The notes under the pieces are model-generated. The model ran no database searches. It saw only the letters and a program-made list of their open reading frames with translations, and was not told the DNA's origin. Shown here in pieces: positions 58,990 to 64,000 of a stretch of DNA of 64,000 nucleotides. The stretch covers positions 20,937,018 to 21,001,017 of the forward strand of contig NC_081376.1 of the NCBI RefSeq assembly GCF_030684315.1. The letters are read 5' to 3'. Both the position numbers and the translations under genes were made by a program. Source of the DNA: Stegostoma tigrinum. Lineage: Eukaryota. Position 1 is the first letter of the stretch; each line of letters begins with the position of its first letter.

Positions 58990-61900
58990 TGAATGCTACA
59001 CTGGTAGCTTTTGTGAGTATGGCTAGCGTTTCTGCAGAACCTGCTGTACCTGTGAGTTAAGCTTGTATGAAATCAGAACATTGAAAAATGTAGGAGATTT
59101 ACACATTTGAGTACATGATAGGTCCATTTGTGTCAGATAAAGAGGCATAAAAAATGATTGTCCTTTGAGAAATTAAATTAGCTCAATCCCTGATGTTGAC
59201 AACAGGCATGAATTTCTCTGTAGAGAAATTTCACTTATCTGAAGTATATTAAAACAGGGTATTGACCAAAATTGTTTAAATTGTAGGGTGAATTTAAATT
59301 GTCCTTTAGTCAATAGATCTGTTATTACTGGAGTGGTGTATAAATTACCTATTAACGATGTTGATTTCATACCAGGAAAAGGCGTCGTGAGAGATAAGTT
59401 GCTGCTGTCTCCAGAGATGGTAGGCAAGTCCATTGAAACTGACAATAAAGCAAAGAAGTGAATGATCTTTTGTAATCCTCCTGTAGAAAGTACTGTTTCA
59501 ACTAAAGATGTGTCCAAAGAATCAAAGCTCAGACTTCTGAGTGTAAAGTGGCAGTGGAATCAGATTGACAGCAAAGTGGTAAAATCAGCTGGAAATGAAT
59601 TAGGTCTGTCTCAATTAAACTGGCCTACAGATCCTCAGTCACCGATGTCAAAACAGAATGCAGCAATAAAGTTCCATGCTAATAGATGAACGAGTAAAGG
59701 CAATAATTAACTAAATCTTCTTTGCTGTAACGGTTGCTATTACTGTAGGGTTACATGGACAGACTTGAGTCCTAAATTGGAAAATGAAACTTCGAAGTTG
59801 AGAAGCGATGGCTCTTGTTCTGAAAGAACTGAACAAAGTTTGTTCTAAAGTGGAAAGACCAAATCACAGACAGATTGTAAAAAATAATGGAAATTTGGTT
59901 AAAAAGAAATATCAGGATTTTTATCCAAATATCAATGTAATCTCAACAAGATTCTTAAAGCAGCAAAGGGACCATAGTTATACATGTAAGAAAGATAACT
60001 GAATGGCTGGTAGCTGAGACAATTTTTATGTATGGACAATATAGAAAGGATATCTCTGAAAGAGAAGGGACATGTAAAGACTCAGTTAAAAATGCAACTC
60101 CCTGATATCACTGTAATTTATTGTGTTAATGAAGCACCGAAGAAAATATTGAATCCAGAGAGTAAATAGCATAACTACAACGAATATTTTCGGAGCCTAC
60201 ATTTTTCACCTCTTGGTACTCAAAAGCCAGAGGAACTATCAGAAATAAGTATCACTGTTTTTGACAAGATGAATCAACCAAGGATACAAATGACTAACCA
60301 AGGATATGGAAACAATGTGAACTTTAATCATCATGTGGAAAGAATTTGACAAATATTGTATGTCAGAAGGTGGAGCTGCTGGCTGCAAAACAAATCCTCA
60401 CATTTGAAAGAAGAAGAACTTTAAGAAGAAATATTGAGTGACTTAATATCCTAATTGTGACATGTAGTTGGGTTAATACAAAATATTGTGATGCTACCAA
60501 GATGTACTGTTTAAAAGAACATGTGACCGTGCGGGGATTGGGGAAAGGAGGGGAAGAATATTACTCATACTGTTTGTACTAAGTTGGTTGTTAAAGTGCA
60601 TCAAATGTTATAAGTTGTACTTTGAATGGTGTCTATGAAAACTCTTCACAATGGTAAAATTTTCCATTGTTCAGAGGGGGAGATATTACAATGATAAAAT
60701 TTGTAAGACTGCATCTTTAATTTAAGGTAAATATGAAAGAATGCTGTGATCTGTTCTAAAGTCTGACTGACAGCAAGGCTGGGTGGTTTCATTTCACATT
60801 AAAGACAGTCCTAATTGTTTACTGAGAAGAAGGGGTAAGGTGTAAGCCCTTAGAGATAATGGCAGGAGCCTGTGTGGTAAAGTGGACAGGCTGTGAGTTT
60901 CCGAAGTCCCAGAATGGTGATGAAAATATTGGATTGTACGTGAGCGTTCTTTAATCTGTCCATTTTCTTCCAAGATGAGAGAAAGTTAGGGTCTCAAGGA
61001 TAACTAACCAGCATTTATACATGGATATAAGGCCTCTATGATTTGTAATTCCATAAAGATGGGCTTTGAAGGGTAAGGATCTATGATATCCCTGAAAACT
61101 TATAAGAAAGGTTAATATTTCAGGATCCAGGACAGCAAGAGCAGCTATGGACAACATGAAGTTATGGTTCACCACACAGGAATATGGGTGAGATCTTGCA
61201 CTTGAATAAAACAAAGACTAAATTCATGAGGAGCTAAAACAAAGCTGGAGACTGGGACTAGTGAATGCTAGAAGAAAAATGTATGGGAGAGAAAACTCAG
61301 TGAAAGACAGTACTGAGATTAAAATTTCCCAAAGTGGGAAAGGAAGATCACAGAAGTCAACCTTTTAGGAGCTAAGAATCACCTTGGAATGATTCTGGGA
61401 GGAGTGAATAGCTACTTAAAGGATAGTAGAAAGTATTCTGTAAGAGAGATATTGGCCAAGTACAGACAGGTGAGACTAGTTTAGTTTGGGATTATGGTCA
61501 GCAAAGACTGGTTGGATCTAGGGTCAGTAGCTGTATTTTATGGCTCTAAACGTCTTATGCTTAAAAGAAAGGGAAATGCCCTATTTGTGTATAAGTTGTC
61601 TCCAAAGATAGTGTTTAGTCCATAGTGTTTTTATTTTCTTTTTATTGCAATATAAGTCTTAAAATATTAAATCTTGTTGTGTCATTTTTTTCAGCCATTA
61701 ACTGGAAGCTTGAATTTCTTTTTATAAATTGTCAGTTTCTACAGAGATCAAAACCATGTAGAAGTCACTTTTGACTTATCTCCAACTATCATTAATTCTT
61801 TCTTTTCAGCCTGATGCTCCTATGCCATTTGAAAAATAGAATGCTGAGTCGGTGACTCTTTGGACACATCTTTAATCAAAACATTAATTCTCGCGGCTGG

Positions 61901-62789
61901 GTTACAGGGATTCTTTTAGGTTATTCAGTTCTTCTTGAAAAACATCAGTTTCCACAGTCTCAATGGGCTTTTCTCAAACTGCTAAAGATGGTAGCACCTT
62001 ATCCCCAGTCAAACCATTTCCCAATAATTCAACCCATGCTGTCAATAGGACACTTACCAACTATTCCCACAATTACAGAACTACTAATTAAGCTATGCTC
62101 TAAATTAGCTCCATACAAATGACTGGGTATGCTATTCCCATTAATACCTTGCATCAAAATGCTTTTGTTTAACAAATTATCTGGAGGGACATTTCTGTCG
62201 CTTCCCAATATTAAAGATTGTGTTAATCCTGTAGATCTTAGAATTACAATTAGTTATCCTCCCTCATTAAACAGGAAAAAGAACACTTCAATTTTAAACA
62301 AGAAAAGTTTGATAATTTTCTGCACTTCAATCCACATTAGTAGTTAATACAAGAGAACACATCAGTTGGTCATCAATTTTACCCGCTGGACAGATTTCTT
62401 TTAAAAGAGTATTGAATGCCCTGACAAATGTCACAGTCTTGTTTTTTTTTAAAAATTCTAACATTTACCCTTCACATGTCATTTTCTTCACTGTAATCAG
62501 ACCTCTCGAATCTCCAGTTTGTCTATGATACCAAAAAGGGTTGTTTCTAACACAATTGTGAGTCAATCTTTAGTCATCTGCCATTACTGCAGCTTCTCTT
62601 AATTTAGAAACTTTCTGGTCTTAAAGGTGATGCTGTATTTTCACTGGCATCACCCTCTCCAAGGTCTTCAAAATCTGATTGAACATTCATTAAACCATAC
62701 CACCTATCAAACATCAGTCTTGAGGCAACTGTTCCCTAGTTCATTCTCTACAGCACAATGCTTTGAACAATTAACGTCCACCTGCCAAC

Positions 62790-62886
62790 CAGTCCAGTCG
62801 CTGAACTCAAAACATTAACCTTGCTTTCTCTTCACAGAAGCTGTCTGAGCTGCTGAGTTTCTCTAGCACTTTCTGTTTTGTTTCAG
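62790..62886 (+). mobile_element. Penelope family C terminal fragment, degenerate
   Basis: aaacattaaccttgctttctcttcacagaagctgtctgagctgctgagtttctctagcactttctgtttt. Confidence 0.5.
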
Positions 62887-64000
62887 TATTAGTTATTGTT
62901 CCCTTTGAATTCATTAGGATACTCAATTTCAAGTTGCAAAGCTTCAACACCTCTCTTTTCCGCAATAAACACCATTTCCTTTATCTCTAGTAAATTTCAC
63001 AGAAGTCTGACACTGTTACTTGCTTAAATTTCCACATATTTGCCTATAAGGCTCTGGCCCTAACTCATAGGCCTAGATAATGGCAATTTTCACTTTATCG
63101 TAGTCTCCAGACTGTCTACCTGAAAGAGTTCAGCACCCAACTTTTCTCACCAACACACTCCACAGTAAAACTGTCAAGTTTTCTCTTGGCCACTGCAATA
63201 TTGTGGCAATTTTCTCAGTATTCCAAATACATTTCAATACCTATCTCACTGAATATTGGCATGATGTGAATATTTATGGTCAAATCCAAAGTGTAACTAA
63301 AGCCAAAGTCATCCTTAAGTTATAGCAGCATTTCCCATTTGTGTAATCTAAGCTTTTCTCCATCCAATTCAAATGTTCTGCTATTTCTTTCTCTTTGAAA
63401 TTTCAGTTTAAGTTTTCACATTTCTATTTCTTTTCTGTTTCTTTCCAAGTCAAGGTTGTTTGCCTTTGTTTGGGGGGGTGAAGGAGTAATCGAATGGCAC
63501 AGGTGACCTCAGGGCTATTAGGATGACATGGGGAATGGGGACAGAGTGATGGGATGTGGGGTGACAGGAGGATAGTTTGGTATGAGAATGACGTAATGAT
63601 CTGAAGAGGGGGCAAGAATTGGCAACAGTGTGATTGTTGGAAGATGTCTGGGGGCCTTTAAACAATTTTGGGAGCTGATCTGGAGTTACGTTAGAGAACA
63701 CAGGCTTGCCTCCGTATTCACACTCCTTACTTCCTCCAAGCTGACTCAAAAAATACAATTTGAATCTGACCCCTGTGTGAAAAGACAGAAGGTGCAGGGA
63801 AAATTGTGCATAGGTTGTATGTGTATTTTGAAAGGTGTAAAAATGGGCAAGTTGAATAGAAAATGATATGAGTCCTAGCACAGGCACTTCTTCCTTCATC
63901 GCACGGTTATGTATATCAGGAATTCACACCAGTGATTCCCCTCAGTCAGCTCCCAACTCAAACTTAATTTTAAGAGGAGAACCAGTTCCTTCTTCATCTC

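Noticed and set aside
59050-61760. Possible LTR element (also 46790-47810)
   Set aside because: Purine-rich and LTR-like, but no paired LTRs, PBS, PPT or TSD could be established.
63420-63490. Pyrimidine tract and AG as coding exon 8 of paralog B
   Set aside because: Phase-1 frames stop within about 12 codons and lack the F..VGG...L..KY motif. Exon 8 is probably beyond the window.

Overview
AT-rich, repeat-dense vertebrate DNA. The repeats (HE1-type and SacSINE1-type SINEs, CR1/HER1 LINEs, many Penelope-like elements) point to a cartilaginous fish, probably a shark. The + strand carries two tandem SLC5A11-like genes (sodium/myo-inositol cotransporter 2, SSS family). Paralog A contributes its 3' end (exons at 1-29, 2303-2518, 12013-12079, 15296-15394, 15487-15555, 15844-16055). 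Paralog B contributes its first seven coding exons (25007-56141), with a candidate CCAAT promoter and non-coding first exon near 22.5-22.8 kb. Main observations: (1) the TM13-TM14 loop of paralog A is built from a triplicated ~23-codon exon module, and two copies have two in-phase splice donors exactly 54 nt apart; (2) at least four Penelope families carry minimal hammerhead-ribozyme motifs, including 95-240 bp TSD-flanked mini and hairpin insertions and a near full-length element with a ribozyme in each terminal repeat; (3) paralog B has SGLT1-like and unusual residues in TM1/TM2; (4) a ~4 kb insert at 34.4-38.3 kb is unclassified and may be viral. Exon and ribozyme coordinates were read from the sequence. 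Most transposon boundaries are approximate. Family names come from recalled motifs, not from database searches.
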